A stretch of DNA of 59,559 nt, filler included, from Sphacelaria rigidula (GCA_964200075.2; 6 parts of 6 records of this genome joined end to end with filler, not necessarily neighbours in it); one strand, 5' to 3'. Counted from the whole stretch's first letter, positions 12,395-25,043 are shown. Made by a program: numbers and translations. The notes: generated by a model not told the origin, from the letters alone.

Positions 12395-13202
12395 ACGTGA
12401 ACGTGTAACGTGCAGGGCCCTCGTTTTTTGTGACATGTTCGATGATATTTTATTTTATTTCATTCTATTTGTCGCAGTTTGAACCCCTCCCCTTCCTCCG
12501 GACGAGTCCGTGCTCTCAAGGGATCAACACACTTCTCCCCGGTACATACTGATTGTGGTTTGATCGTCGCAAAGCAGGAAAAACATTGAAGGTGGATTCT
12601 GACACACAGAAGAAAAATAGAACGTTCAAATAATTGCTGATAGTCTTCCGTTAAATGCCCGAAAGCCGGTTGATCTGAGGCTGAGCAGACTGATATGGTA
12701 ATGGTAACATTCCTTGGAGGGTCACACCCGTGTATGCGGCGAATACTTCTGGGATGGCTTGAGTTTACGGCTGAACGGTCAATCAAAATCGGTTATGGCT
12801 GGATTTATGCGAAAAACTCTGTTTCTGTAGTGATGTGCGCACGTAGTGTTAAATATCCATCTGTATGTTGCATTGAGGGTAGTCCTTGTAGAACGAGAGG
12901 AGCCTTTCAATTATGGTGTATAGCAGCGATAGAGTTCTCGGCGTTCAAGGTTGATCAACCACTGGAGCTGTTTTGAAACGAGGCTGGCGTCCGAAGGGCT
13001 ACAGTATAAATGAAACATGATAATATTACATATTTTCATATATGTCATAATATATATATTCATGTATGTCATGTATAAAATGATTTGGTTGATCACATGT
13101 GTAACGAGGAGACCCAAAAGACGTTGAAAAAAAATTGATCAATGGTAAGTTTTTCGCTTTGTACGTGTGTGTATGTGTGTTTTTCGTCCCTTTCATCGTC
13201 AG

Positions 13203-13308
13203 ATTCTTGAACAACCGATGCGGACACGAAGGCGGAGTGGTATCAGCAACCACGGACACCATTGTCACGATCGAGGGCGGAAACTTCACCGGGAATACCG
13301 CAGGATTG
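13203..13308 (+). CDS. Isolated exon of a polymorphic outer membrane protein (POMP)-repeat / right-handed beta-helix protein
   Basis: cag|A TTC TTG AAC AAC... encodes FLNNRCGHEGGVVSATTDTIVTIEGGNFTGNTAGL (FxxN...GG...FxGN.A repeat). It ends at a GC-type donor, GCGAGT. Confidence 0.65.
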
Positions 13309-13364
13309 GCGAGTACTCGTTTTTTTCCATTCATTTTTTATTATCATTTTTTTGTCGCACTCTG

Positions 13365-13655
13365 AACCCCTCCTCTTCCTCGGGACGAGTCCGTGGTCTC
13401 AAGGGATCAACCCATCTCTCCCAGGTACACGCCTTGCATTTTGATCTCGCGAATTGGCTCAGCACTCCCGCACCGCGTCAACTCACGTCAAAGAAACTCA
13501 GTCGACTATAATACTTTGTTTACTCACGTTCTCACGCTTTCCAACGGTGGAAATCAGGTACCACGAGGAAAAGAGCCTGACGCATCGGGAATCGAACCCT
13601 CGTTCTCTCCACCCTAATGGTCACAGTCGAACCATTACACCACCGTATCGCGGCG
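13365..13655 (-). mobile_element. tRNA-derived SINE, family 2
   Basis: The minus-strand head has an A box (ggtggtgtaatgg) and B box (ggttcgattcc). The tail, cttcctcgggacgagtccg...ggatcaac on the plus strand, is shared with 12490-12545 and 40827-40865. Confidence 0.7.
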
Positions 13656-13706
13656 GCCTTAGTACTCATTTGTGTTTTTTTCGTTGAACGAAGGAGGAAA
13701 CGTCAC

Positions 13707-13954
13707 GAGCAATGCTACGGTAAGGGTGCACCTTTTTCGCGAAATTTGTCTGGTTCAGGGGCTCCTAACGATTTCAGACGCACAAGAATATGGGTCAGGG
13801 CATCCCCGTTTGCAGATTTATTCGGGATATCTCCAACACAAGTAGTCCTGGCGAACTCTGGCATATTTTCACAAGTCATGTTTTGGATGAGATAAAGGGC
13901 TCCTAACAATTCTAACCTCAGAAAATATTTGTGTACCCTACCGCAGCATCACTC
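13707..13954. mobile_element. MITE family A, copy 2 (inverted relative to copy 1)
   Basis: gagcaatgctacggtaaggg ... ccctaccgcagcatcactc. Confidence 0.85.
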
Positions 13955-14990
13955 AGGATGGGAACAAGCATACCAAGGTTGACAGGACGTGGTGGTCAGG
14001 GCACAAAATTCTCCACGTCCGGACCGAAAAACCCGCGTTAAGTTGAACAACAAGCGGGTTACCTTTTACATTCTATTTTCAGATGACGTGCAATGAAACG
14101 ACAAACCTTGGTATATATCCGCTGTATCACTTCCAGGTGTGGTGTGTATGCACTCCATCATGTTCAGAGAGCCTATTACCATGCAATTTGCAAGTGAAAT
14201 TGGGGTTTGGCGCTTGGCACACTTCTGCGTCTGACGTCCCACTGAGTGGAAGTCACGTTTTCTTTTCCTCGTTCGTTTTCCCTCGTTCGACTGAGCAGCC
14301 CTCTACTTACACGTCATGGTTGAACGACGGAAAAGTAGGCCTGGGATAAGGTATGGAGTCGAAAAGTGTGTACTACTCGCAATTCAGTCGCGTACAGAGT
14401 TCAATCCTACCGTAAAAAAAATGTAACGATGTACGCATCTTTGACACATCATGGTAATACTAAAATTGGTATGAACCATAGCGAGTAACGCCGAAACTCA
14501 AAGCTGGGTGGCTGGCGCCCTCGTCGCCAGTTCCAGTTGAATTCCACTTCCAGTTCAAACTGCGATAATAACTGGATCAGTCCACAGCCGTCCAAAAAAT
14601 ACGATTTCATGAGAAGAAAAAAAATTAACTTGGCCCAGCAGGGGGTGGGCGCCGTGGGGCGGGGGGGGGGGAGGGGGGAGAGTCGTGCGGATCTGGAGAT
14701 CGTTTCCGCGTGTACCCTTCACTGCACTGTTGGTGGCCGCACGGCATATTGACGTACTGCGCTGTACAACAGGTATACCCTTGCATATATTTAGCGTTCG
14801 CTGGGTATCCCGGACGGTTGGTGAGCTTTATCATGCCGTTAGTACTGAGAGAAAATGAGCACGCTCTCCCCATGTGACCTAGACTTGATACTGTACTGTG
14901 CTGTATCCCCAATGATTGTTCCACATTCACACCAGCTTCAGGGTACAAATCCCTCATTCCCGCCCCACTCCTAATTCTGAAGACACGCAC

Positions 14991-15173
14991 CTCGACAAGC
15001 GTAGCATGCAAGTGCGATATCCGATGGGAGTTATTGGGATCCCGATATCGTTGTATTGCATCGTCACTGTCCCCGGGCGAGAGATTCTCCGTCTGCACGG
15101 CGACCTCGTTGGTGGAGACCCGCATTGCGCGACGGTTTTCCGTTAGACGCTCAGGAGCGGCATATCCAAGGGC
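14991..15173 (-). CDS. Isolated internal exon of an unknown protein
   Basis: tag|GCC...GAG|gtgcgt encloses 61 clean codons in phase 0/0 (ALGYAAPERLTENRRAMRVSTNEVAVQTE...HLHATLVE). A possible next exon at ~14480-14577 reads LLSQFELEVEFNWNWRRG. Confidence 0.45.
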
Positions 15174-16069
15174 CTAGGATACCAACAGCAGTGATGGCTG
15201 TATCACAACGATGAACTCACACAAATAATACGATATACTTCATGGCACCGGCAAAATTCAGTTGATAGCCTACGCTCTCAATCTGTACTAGCTTGACGCA
15301 GTACGGCTAGCCCCTGGTGCCTCGGCCGGCTGTATACGCTATACGCCGTACATCCGCAGCGTGGCCTTTGGTGTACACGAAGGAACGTAAGCACGCGGCG
15401 AGATTATAGGCCCAAAAACGGCGGTTTCAGAGTATTTTTCGCATCATCTTGTATCGTTTCGTTTAATGTAGAATTCAATATAGTTCAATTTTAAAACCAA
15501 GTGAAAAGAGGCCCAGCAACTTTCGGGGAGCTGAAAATCAGCGAGCAGGTCGTTGACACTTCCTTGTCGATTTGAACGGGCAGACTAATCTCTAGTAGTG
15601 ACATATTTGTTTTGATTTTTGGATCGATAGCCCTGCAGCTCGTGCGACAGACGCAGAAAACGACTGCCTACAGCGCGACGACGCATCTATCGTACGCTGT
15701 TTGTTCTTCCTTCGGGAGGGTGGCGCGGCATTGTGTGGGACATCTACGACGCTCACGCAGACCGAGGCTGATTTTTCCAAAAATATTACGACTCGACTAC
15801 TCTGCACAACAGTGATTGCGGAGCATTTTCACACCTAACGGCGCTGTGGGGCAACATCAACTCATCACCCACATCACCATCTACAACTTACAGGGAACGC
15901 GGTACCACTTGCGCTACCGTGACACTTGCTCCATCAGGTACACCATCAATATCACCAACAACGCCAACGACTACAACAGCTTTTGCTGTTGTGTGCGTGT
16001 ACAACAGCGGCTACAGCATTTGCGACTGTCATATAAGTTCAACTTTGACTAAAACCACGGGCCAAGTTT

Positions 16070-16088
16070 TTGGCCGAAGATAGCCCTT

Positions 16089-16119
<31 letters not shown>

Positions 16120-16591
16120 AAGCAGCAGCAAGGATAGCAGCTGCAGCTGGAGAACGAGAAGTTTAATAGAGGGAGAAGCAAGCACTATGCAGGAACAGAG
16201 CGATCGAGGAAAAGATGAGCATGTGGATCATGTGAAGGACGAGTCAAAGGGTCCTTACTTTCCGTACGATCGTCGCGAGCCTTACCCAAAGAGGCTCAAG
16301 GTGGACTTCAGACGACTCCCGGTAAGTGCCAGCGTTCTGTACGGTGTTGATATCTCGAGAGGTGTTGGTGTTGACGTCCCTCAAGCGCTGTAGTTGATGA
16401 TTCTCGAGAGCTGTTGCGGAGAAAAGAACTACAACAGACTGTCCCCTGTTATGAAGAATGAGGCTCGTGTGTGCACACAGCGTCCGCATTCCTGCAACAC
16501 AGCGATGATTTAGGCAAAGAGCGGCGTCTAGTTGCAACGAAGTCCCACCGAGAGTAGGTGTAGGTGAAGAAAGCGAGCGAACTGTGGTTTT
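16070..16591 (+). pseudogene. Decayed spliced coding fragments, probably transposon-borne
   Basis: An ORF with a (CAG)n Ser tract ends at a strong gtaagt donor (16322). A second exon-like block, 16481-16591, has two in-frame TAG stops and another gtaagt donor. Confidence 0.3.
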
Positions 16592-17724
16592 GGTAAGTGT
16601 CAAGACTCTTCGATCCAGTGAACACATAGGAGAGAGACACCTGTGTATGCGTCGCTGTATGCTTGGGAAGCTTGGTTATCGCGCGGCGCTGTCGGTGCTT
16701 GTATGCAGCTCCCTCCATCTCGAGCACTCCGATATCCGCAGTGCGCAGTTCCAAGAAAATTCGGTCGCTTTCTGAGAGTCTCATCGAGCGCGGGTGAAGG
16801 TTTTACAGACTGTTAGTATATTATTGTACTCGCAGCTTGTACACAGATGCACAAGCCTCGCCTATGATGATGCACCAATACATACCGGTATGTTTCGGCG
16901 TTTGACCATCAGACTCAAGTACAGTACATAGCCTGCCGTGCGACTGTCTGTCCCTCAAAAACCGTCGCTTCACTTCACGAGCTGTCTGTGTTTGTGATTC
17001 GCTTTTGGTGCGTTGGGCGGGGGAAAAGGCGGAGGGGGGGTGTAGTGATCATTGCCGTCGAGACGCAGCATGTCTGTGGGCTCAGAAAACTTGGTTCATG
17101 TTTTTTCGTCTCTCCTCTGTTTTCTTTGCGGGAAGAACCCGGGGCAAGGCTTTCCACCTGATTGTTTTACCACTTCCAGTAACAGACACACGAAGCTAGC
17201 ACTTAGTCGCGCATTCGTGCGAGCTATTGTATATGGTAGTAGCGGCATGCATCAAGTCGAGCTGACGTCCGTGTGGTTGCGGTGCAGCACGAGAAAAGTC
17301 TACTAGCTCTTCTTGTGCTCATTGCTTCCTTCCCTCAGAGAAAACGTGCTGCTGCACTACAGACAGTAGTATAATGCGGCATCATAAAAAAAATATCGTG
17401 CATCTTTGCTTTTGCGACTCATACGATGGGATAACATATGCTGTGTGTTCTAAAATTGACGGTCTACAGACAGAACAACACGAAACGTCACTTCAGTCAT
17501 CAGGGGGATTTTTTTCTTTCGAAAGCAACTGCAGAAACATACTACAGACAGTAGTGGTTACAGTACAGTTTTATGATGTTGCGTTTGTATTCATTGTACG
17601 AGTATGATTGTGATTGTACAAACAGTATTATAATGTCTAAATTTAGTATCTTCATGGTCTGCCGTCAGTGTGCTGCACACCACAGTACATGTTCCATTTG
17701 GCCAATGATAAAGAGCAAGCGGGC

Positions 17725-17726
<2 letters not shown>

Positions 17727-17766
<40 letters not shown>
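17727..17766. repeat. (AT)20 microsatellite
   Basis: Directly visible in the sequence. Confidence 0.97.
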
Positions 17767-17768
<2 letters not shown>

Positions 17769-18537
17769 TGCACGCACAGGCGTGCATTTGTCGCTTGTTC
17801 CTCCCATTTTTTGGTCGTTCCAGCGTTTGCTACAACAGCAGTGTACGTATATGTCTGTGTGCGGTACTGACCGCCATGTGTGCATAGACAGATACCGAAC
17901 AGTCATGGAACGAAATATGAAAAAAGTACCTACTTGACGACCCATCATCTAAATGGTCCATGCAGTATGGTATTAGTCCAAATCGATCGTCCAGCCAGCC
18001 AGCCGTTCGCGGGAGTCAAGCACATACATTCGTATTTCCCAAACGACGTGGTTGTTTTTTTCATATATGCGCTCGGCACATTCCTTTTAAGGGATGATGG
18101 TGACCCATGATTACTTCACCGTCCGTATTCGTACCGACCGAGGCAAGAAGAGTCCAAAACAACACAACAGGCACAAAGTTGGAAAAAAAGGTTGTTTTTT
18201 GCGTCGTACCGGAGACAGTGTCGTACGAGCAGCATGTTCAAAATACTCGTGCAAACACGAGATCTTGAAAAAATCCGCGTACAAACGAACGCGGGCTTTT
18301 ATAAATTGCGGGTGGATTTTTTTTCATGGTGAACCTTGAACGCGTGGGGACGTTCTCAAAGCATCGAAATATTCTCGAAAACAAAGTGCATCTGCACTAT
18401 ACGTATATCCGACCCTGAAAAAGCAAAACATTCTTGAGGATTTGCATAATCCCGTGTTATGATGGCAAACGAGAACAGTTTTCGTACGGGGTTGAACGGA
18501 GGCCGAAGTTGGTCGGTGTGTGTTATACACGAGCCGG

Positions 18538-18921
18538 TCGCCCCGATGGCCCAGTTGGTAACCTCGAAACCTTCTGACGGTTGGGTCGTGGGTTCGAATC
18601 TCGGTGAGGTCATATGGCTGGGATTTTTTCTCCCACCATGACACCAACAGCTTAGAGCGACCGTGTCGTGGCTACGCGTACACAAAATTCGACTTCATGG
18701 TCGACGACAGAAATGGACCTCTGAACGTCTCTCACGATAAATAAGAAGGAAGGAAAGCATCGCCGAAGGAAGGTAGAGCAATAAATGAGAATGAAAAATA
18801 GAAAACTCTTGTGTTGGCATTCTTCCTTTTGTGACCCTGGCTGATGCGCCGACATACTGTATACCGAAAGGTGTAGACTGGGGTGTAGAATAGGTGGGAA
18901 AACAAAACAACATACACACAC

Positions 18922-18922
<1 letters not shown>
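18538..18922 (+). mobile_element. tRNA-derived SINE, family 1 (tRNA-Arg(TCT)-like head)
   Basis: The head has an A box (tggcccagttgg), a ccttctgacgg loop and a B box (ggttcgaatc). A ~300-nt body and CA-rich tail follow. It matches 44814-45175. Confidence 0.85.
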
Positions 18923-18923
<1 letters not shown>

Positions 18924-18974
<51 letters not shown>

Positions 18975-19182
18975 TGCGTTGTGTCCCATTTATTCTGGAC
19001 ACCAGTCTACACCTTTCGGTGTATGTGGGCGCACCAGTCGGGGTCACAAAGGAGGAAGGCCAACACACACAGGGGTTTTTCCTTTTTTGTTGGTTTCTAG
19101 TTCTCCACCTTCCTTCTGCGGTGCTTGTCTTCACTTTTCATCGCGAGAGGGGTTCAGCAGTCCCTTTCCCTCGTCGACCATC
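18924..19182 (-). mobile_element. SINE family 1, 3' part with (TG)n tail, tail-to-tail with the previous copy
   Basis: ccagtctacacctttcggt...ggggtcacaaaggaggaa...ccttccttc is the approximate reverse complement of 18690-18900. The copy is cut off by the insertion at 19185. Confidence 0.85.
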
Positions 19183-19184
19183 AA

Positions 19185-19787
19185 CCCTTTTGGGACCGAC
19201 CCCCCACTAACACAGGGTTGACTCTGTGTCAATGAAATGATAAAAAAAAAAAGTCTTCGAGCGACCTGCCCAATCACGGCGAGGCGAAATTTATCGACCA
19301 GACCCGAACGACCAGTGCTGGGGTTGTTGGCGAGTATGATGCCACTGCGAAGATCGTGTGGGGACCCTATCCCTGGCCCAGATAAGCCTTCGCAGGTTTC
19401 CAAGCGCAGGGCGGTCGGAACTTGGTTATATGATATGACTTGCACTCAGTATACCGTTCCCGAGTTTTCCGGTGGGTTTTTTGGGTCTCAATTCCCTACT
19501 AAAACGTGGTAATTTACACTAACACAGGGTCGACCGGAAAACCTGGGAAGGAGTGTACATGCTGTAATGTGGTCATTTTCATGAGGCACTAGACCCAGGT
19601 GGGCCGTGGGAAGACAAAAGGAGCTACCGTCATGAATTCTGCGTATCCCTCTGCCGATGACTTGCAGTCAACATGTATGTAGTGGGCGGGGATGAAGAAG
19701 CGGTATAATATAGGCAGTTGATCTCGGTAGCTGAGAATTGCCCAGAACGTGCAAGGGAGTGTACAGCGGCAGCTGCTGCTTCAGTCG
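19185..19787 (+). mobile_element. Non-autonomous piggyBac-like element, second copy, truncated by the scaffold end
   Basis: Begins cccttttgggaccg and is colinear with the reverse complement of ~36915-37528. Confidence 0.8.
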
Positions 19788-19887
19788 NNNNNNNNNNNNN
19801 NNNNNNNNNNNNNNNNNNNNNNNNNNNNNNNTTAATTAATTAANNNNNNNNNNNNNNNNNNNNNNNNNNNNNNNNNNNNNNNNNNNN
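19788..19887. other. Artificial scaffold linker
   Basis: N44-TTAATTAATTAA-N44. Confidence 0.97.
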
Positions 19888-21732
19888 CGGTAGGAAAAAC
19901 CATTATGTGAGATTCTGAACGATAGCGTAGGAACGATGCTAGAAAAGGAAGACAAAATCAGCGAGGGGCAAGCAGGAGTTGGACCAAACCGTAGTTGCGT
20001 AGATCATGTGTACAGACTAGGTAAGATTATTCAAGGTAGAAAAGACGCCGGCGTGACAACGTACTGTTTCTTTCTGGACGTGCAAAAGTCTTGCGACACA
20101 GTATGGAGAAATGGACTGAGGAAATATTTGTGTGAAACTGGGATCAGAGGAAAGATGTGGAGAATGGCGAAGAAGATGACAGGGTGTGCCAATAGTGCTA
20201 TGATGCTAGACGGGGAAATATCGAAATATTTTTATGTTCTACAAGGAGTTGCACAAGGATGTACGATATCAGCCACTTTGTTCAAGGTATTTATTAATGA
20301 CCTGAAATAGCAATAAAAGCGGCAAAGCAAGGAGTCAAGGTGGGTAAGGATGTGGCATCAGGATTGATGTTCGCGGATGATTTTGTGGGGATTTCAGAAA
20401 CACCAGAAGGATTACAGACACAGATAGACCAGGGGTGAAATACGCCAGGAAATGGAGAGTGAAAGCGAACGCTGATAAATGCACGGTACGTGTATGTAAC
20501 GAAGAAAAGAAAAAAATCCGGTAGAGTTCAAATGGAAGTGGGGAGAAGAGGAACTGCCGATCGTAGACCAGTATTCATAACTTGGCGTAGAGACATAAAA
20601 AAACTGTTCTGGGGATGCACACATGAAAAAAGTGATGAAAAGGGTAAGGCACAGATAGGCAGGATGGACGTGATCCTAAGAGATTCGCATGTAGACACGA
20701 GGATTAAGATATGTATCCTGATGAGCGTGATTGTACCAAAGCTGGAATATGCAGGAGAAGTACGGGAGAGGAACGTGAAGTTGATGAAGAAGTTGGAAAC
20801 AGTACAGATGGCAGCAGCTACAAAAATACTTGGGTGCTTGCAAATAATGAGCACTACAGCATTGAGAGTAGAGTTGGGAATGTATCCACTTAAAACAAAC
20901 AGGGACATGAGGAAATTGAGATGGTAAAAGAGCGTAAAGAACATGCAGACCAAGAGATTGCCAGCCATAGTTGATAAGGCTGTATGGAAGAAATTTACTA
21001 AAGGGCAGGCTGAAATACGGTGGGATAGAGAAGTAGAGAAAGTGTGCAATAAGATAGGCGGAAACCAAGGCGAAATACTGTCCATAAGTGAAGGCGCAGA
21101 GTACAATACAAAAAAACGAGACAAGATAGAGAGGAGGGGAAAAGGAGTGCTCAGACGCAAGGTAGACAAGGGGGAACACCTGGAGATATACAGTAGGTTG
21201 AAAGAGGGGATAGGGATGCAAATATATCTGCATGACCCAATGGACGCTGCGAAAAATATCAAACTGTGATTTCGGGTGGGGGGCCTAGACCTGCCAGAAA
21301 GAAGAAAGAGATATACCAGTGGTCGAAAGGAGGAGGAAGTAGATGAACAGAACTGCCTCTGTGGCAAAGGAATAGAGAGCATAAATCATATAGTGGCAGA
21401 ATGTGAACTATACAAGGAGGAACGNNNNNNNNNGGACGTGCTTGAGAGGGAAATGCGGGACGTGAACAAAGGTGGCATGAAATGGTTTGATGCACTAGAC
21501 AGTAGGGAGAACGCGATGTCTATACTAGGAGATAGATGGTGGCCCCAGACGGCGAAAGGACGGGGATAAGATATGTAAGAGGTTTTTGTGTAGTGTATGG
21601 AAAAAACTTCATGAGCACCGAAATTTTGGAGATGTCTTCGTTAGGAGTAGGAACGGTGCTCCGTCTCGAAAGGATGCGTGTTCAATGGTCAAACGACCAG
21701 GGAAGCAACAAATGAGTACAACCCCTTCCCCT
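19888..21732 (+). mobile_element. Degenerate LINE ORF2: reverse transcriptase plus C-terminal CCHC knuckle (possibly RTEX-like), with 3' end
   Basis: RT motifs FFLDVQKSCDTVWRNGL, GVAQGCTIS.TLF.VFINDL, GLMFADDFVG and IVPKLEYAGEV, then CLCG...ESINHIVAECELY. Multiple stops and frameshifts. Confidence 0.93.
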
Positions 21733-24700
21733 ATTGTAGCATGCCCTATCGTAGCAAGGCTCTCTAGCCGAGGCAACGCAATCACGCTGACCTGAATAGT
21801 ACGAAGTACTTGTTGGGAGCATACACCCCACCGTAGACAGATCGCACGCCGCAAGGCACTGCACGCAGCACCGACGCAGCCTCCCCTTCTCCCCCAGCAC
21901 CGCCAATGCCTTCGGCCGGGGGCACGGATGTAGGGAGCACGGGCGGCGGGATGAGAGGCCTGTCGCTGAGCAGCTGCAGGCGCCAAGATCCCTTAGCTAG
22001 ATCCTTCTTCCTGGGACATGACCGATATGAGTTGCGGTAGCGGGATGTACATGACAAGTGCGCATAGGTTTGCTGAGCTGGCTGTCCAAGTTTGGTGGGG
22101 AACCGAATGATAGTTGTTGGGTTTTTACTGTTCAAGATTTCACGAGGTTGGCAGCATCGCAGGAGCGATCGGTCGCCGAGCAGCTTCAGGTAATAATACC
22201 GGAGGCCTCTTGAGGGTACCGTTGGATTTTGCACCCGGCATCCGAGAGAATGACCGCCGCTACGTGTTACGGTACTTGTACTGCGATGCAAATGATTCAA
22301 TTCCGTCTCACGGAGGCGTCGTCGTTTCTGTGCAGAGGCAGGTAAAACTTTCCTGGATGCTTGCACGCCGGTTGAGCTCAATTCTGGTTATTTCAGAACA
22401 CTCACTGTTTCAATGAAGTCGTTTTTGAATAGTAAACACGGGATCTCTGAGCCCTTTCCAGCGTAGTGGGATAGAAAAATGTAGGCTCAGAGTGTATATG
22501 AGATTATCTACACAATGGATCGTGATATTGCTGACTATGTGAGGCATCAAGTCAAGGTTTGTGAGAGAGGCAAGAGATGCAGGTGAAGTATGGTTACCAG
22601 GCTGCTGTGAGCATCTCGACCTTGCGTTCAGAGCTAGTTAATGTCGGACTGGTTCTACGGTAGGAGTGTGAATTTTTGTGCTTAGGCTCTGCACTTTAAA
22701 ACCCTCTGGGTAACACACATCTGGGCTTTAGTGTGCAGCCTCGGAAATCTTTCGGACTAAAACATGCACCCGTACCGTCGAACTACTCGTCGACTCAAGA
22801 TCAGTCCGGTGCCGGTATCCTATGTGATTCAATAGTTGTATATTATCCCTTTCTTTGCCATTTTGAAAATATGCCATACGCCCATGTGTCTGCACTCGCT
22901 GTTCGATTTGATGTATTACTCTTGTAGAGTTGTTGTGCAGTTCTGATAAGATGGGCTTGGTCAAGCTTAGAAGCGGCGACCAGCTGCAGGAGTCAAGGCC
23001 AACCACTCGGAAGTCCGTTCCGCACTCTAGCACCTTCATTTTTCGAATACGAGGTGGTAGGACTGAGGTTTTTACGAACACGGACATGAAGTGCTTTTTG
23101 TTTCCGTTTAACAGTGACCAACAGACCCGACTGTTTCAACCCACGATGAGCATGAACCAGCCCGCCCCCTTAGACGTCTTTTTTCAAACATGCATTCTAC
23201 GTCAATCCTAACCTGGTGAAGAAAACTACTCTGGCATTTTTCGGGAAATTTCGAAACCGTCCGAAAAATGTCCGAGATTTCGTCTGAAAGAAACGTCCCA
23301 TCAATGACATCCCTCAATATTATGTTCGCCTTATACGTTCTCCCATCCGAAGAAGATTTTCCCCCTGAGATATACTCCTGTGTGGAAACCTTGTTTTGTC
23401 TCTTTCACCACCCGTTTAAAAAAAAGTCTAGCTGTTGTCAGTGACCCAAGATATGGAAAACGTATTCATGTCTGATTTCCGAGTTCACCGTGAGCCAAAA
23501 GTGAAAATCTGTCCAAGATATCCCGTTTGTGCTACCTCTTGTCTCGATCTGTCTTAATCGCATGTACCTTATCAAGCACAGGAAAAAGTGCACTACCCCC
23601 TACGTCGACGGTACTTGGCCCGCGTTGTCCGCCGTAACTGCCTTCAACCGGTGGATGCAGACAATTTTCATCTTCATTTCGACATATATGGTAATGAGCA
23701 ATCCTCCGCTTTCCCCCCCCCTCCCCTCCCCTCCCTTCCCCTCCCCCTCCCCCCCGAAAGAACGACCATTCTTTATTGCGCCTTTCCTACCCCACGTCCC
23801 TATCCACCTCCTCATCTCTACCCCTTCCAGTTCCCCGCTGTCGATCTTCATGCGTCCGTATCAATCATTACTTATTTTCGTTCAGAAAGCAAGTACCAGC
23901 AGCGTTGATAACACTTGCAGGTAAAGTGGTGATTTTCACTTATTTCAGACGAGTGGGAGTGACAGTATTCGCGGGCGACAAGGCAATATTTATGCGTATC
24001 AGACGTGAATCGTCGGCGGAACTGAGCGCCTCAACACTGAGGAACTTGAGTCGACGCTTTTCCAATGCAGCTATGGTTGACAGTTTTGTTTTCACTTCAT
24101 TCATAATGCTCTCGCCGAAATACGGGGTTGTTAGATCCGTGCATCAGTGGAGGGTTGGGGAACGATAGCACGCGTGATTGATCGCTTGGTTGTCTCTTGT
24201 ACGTGCACACCAGCCACGTACGCCGGCACGAACAGGTACAAAACAATCAATAATCAACCCCACGTACGAGCATTCTACCCATCCCCATCAGCACCGGCCA
24301 CATAGCTTTACACACATGATGCGGTAGCAACGAACACGACCTGCAACAGGGGCTGTACTGTAGCACGGTAGTGTTTCTTCTCTCACGCGCTACGCCGCAG
24401 CCGTGCGCTAGGTCGCATACAATTTCACTCTGACAAGTACATCCTCTTTCGTTTGTCAGGATCGTTCGTTTTGGGTATACCGTCGACGACGCCGCCCCCT
24501 CAGCAACGACGATGCAAAACACTACACGACCAGTACCACGTACGTGAACCATGGAATACATGTGGCCAATTTACTTTTGTTTTCGTACCCGGAACCCATG
24601 ATAACCTCCAGCAGTGGAGGAGTGATTCCGCGATTGCCCTCCCCCCAAACCAGCTCCAAAACTGCCACGAAGAAAATGGTCATACAGCGCATGATAGCTG

Positions 24701-25012
24701 GTTTCACACTGCATGAACCCCCTCATGTGGGCGACATTGGCGGAAACGATCCCACGTGTGATTTCGATTTACATATAGATTTTGCCTCCTCAAACCAGCC
24801 ACCTTGCGGGTGTACTCATGATCATGCACGGGGGGGGGGGGGGGGGGAACTGGGGTGTATCCAAGGGGAGCGGTGGATGGGGGAACACAAAACTAACCCC
24901 CACCAAGGGAACAAAATTAATGGTCNNNNNNNNNNCACACACACTTCCTCTTTTTTATATACTTTTTTTTTCTCCTCCCCCCCCCCCCCCCCCCCCTCGT
25001 GGGGCGTCATCG

Positions 25013-25043
<31 letters not shown>

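Noticed and set aside
18538-18610. tRNA-Arg(TCT) gene
   Set aside because: The acceptor stem is not intact, and the sequence continues into a dispersed SINE body (also at 45105-45175).
20528-21382. 284-aa minus-strand ORF (similarly 10014-10436 on +)
   Set aside because: It is the antisense shadow of LINE ORF2.
22800-23250. Copia RNase H-like remnant (VFE.NEGA after a frameshift)
   Set aside because: Only one short motif, and it needs a frameshift.
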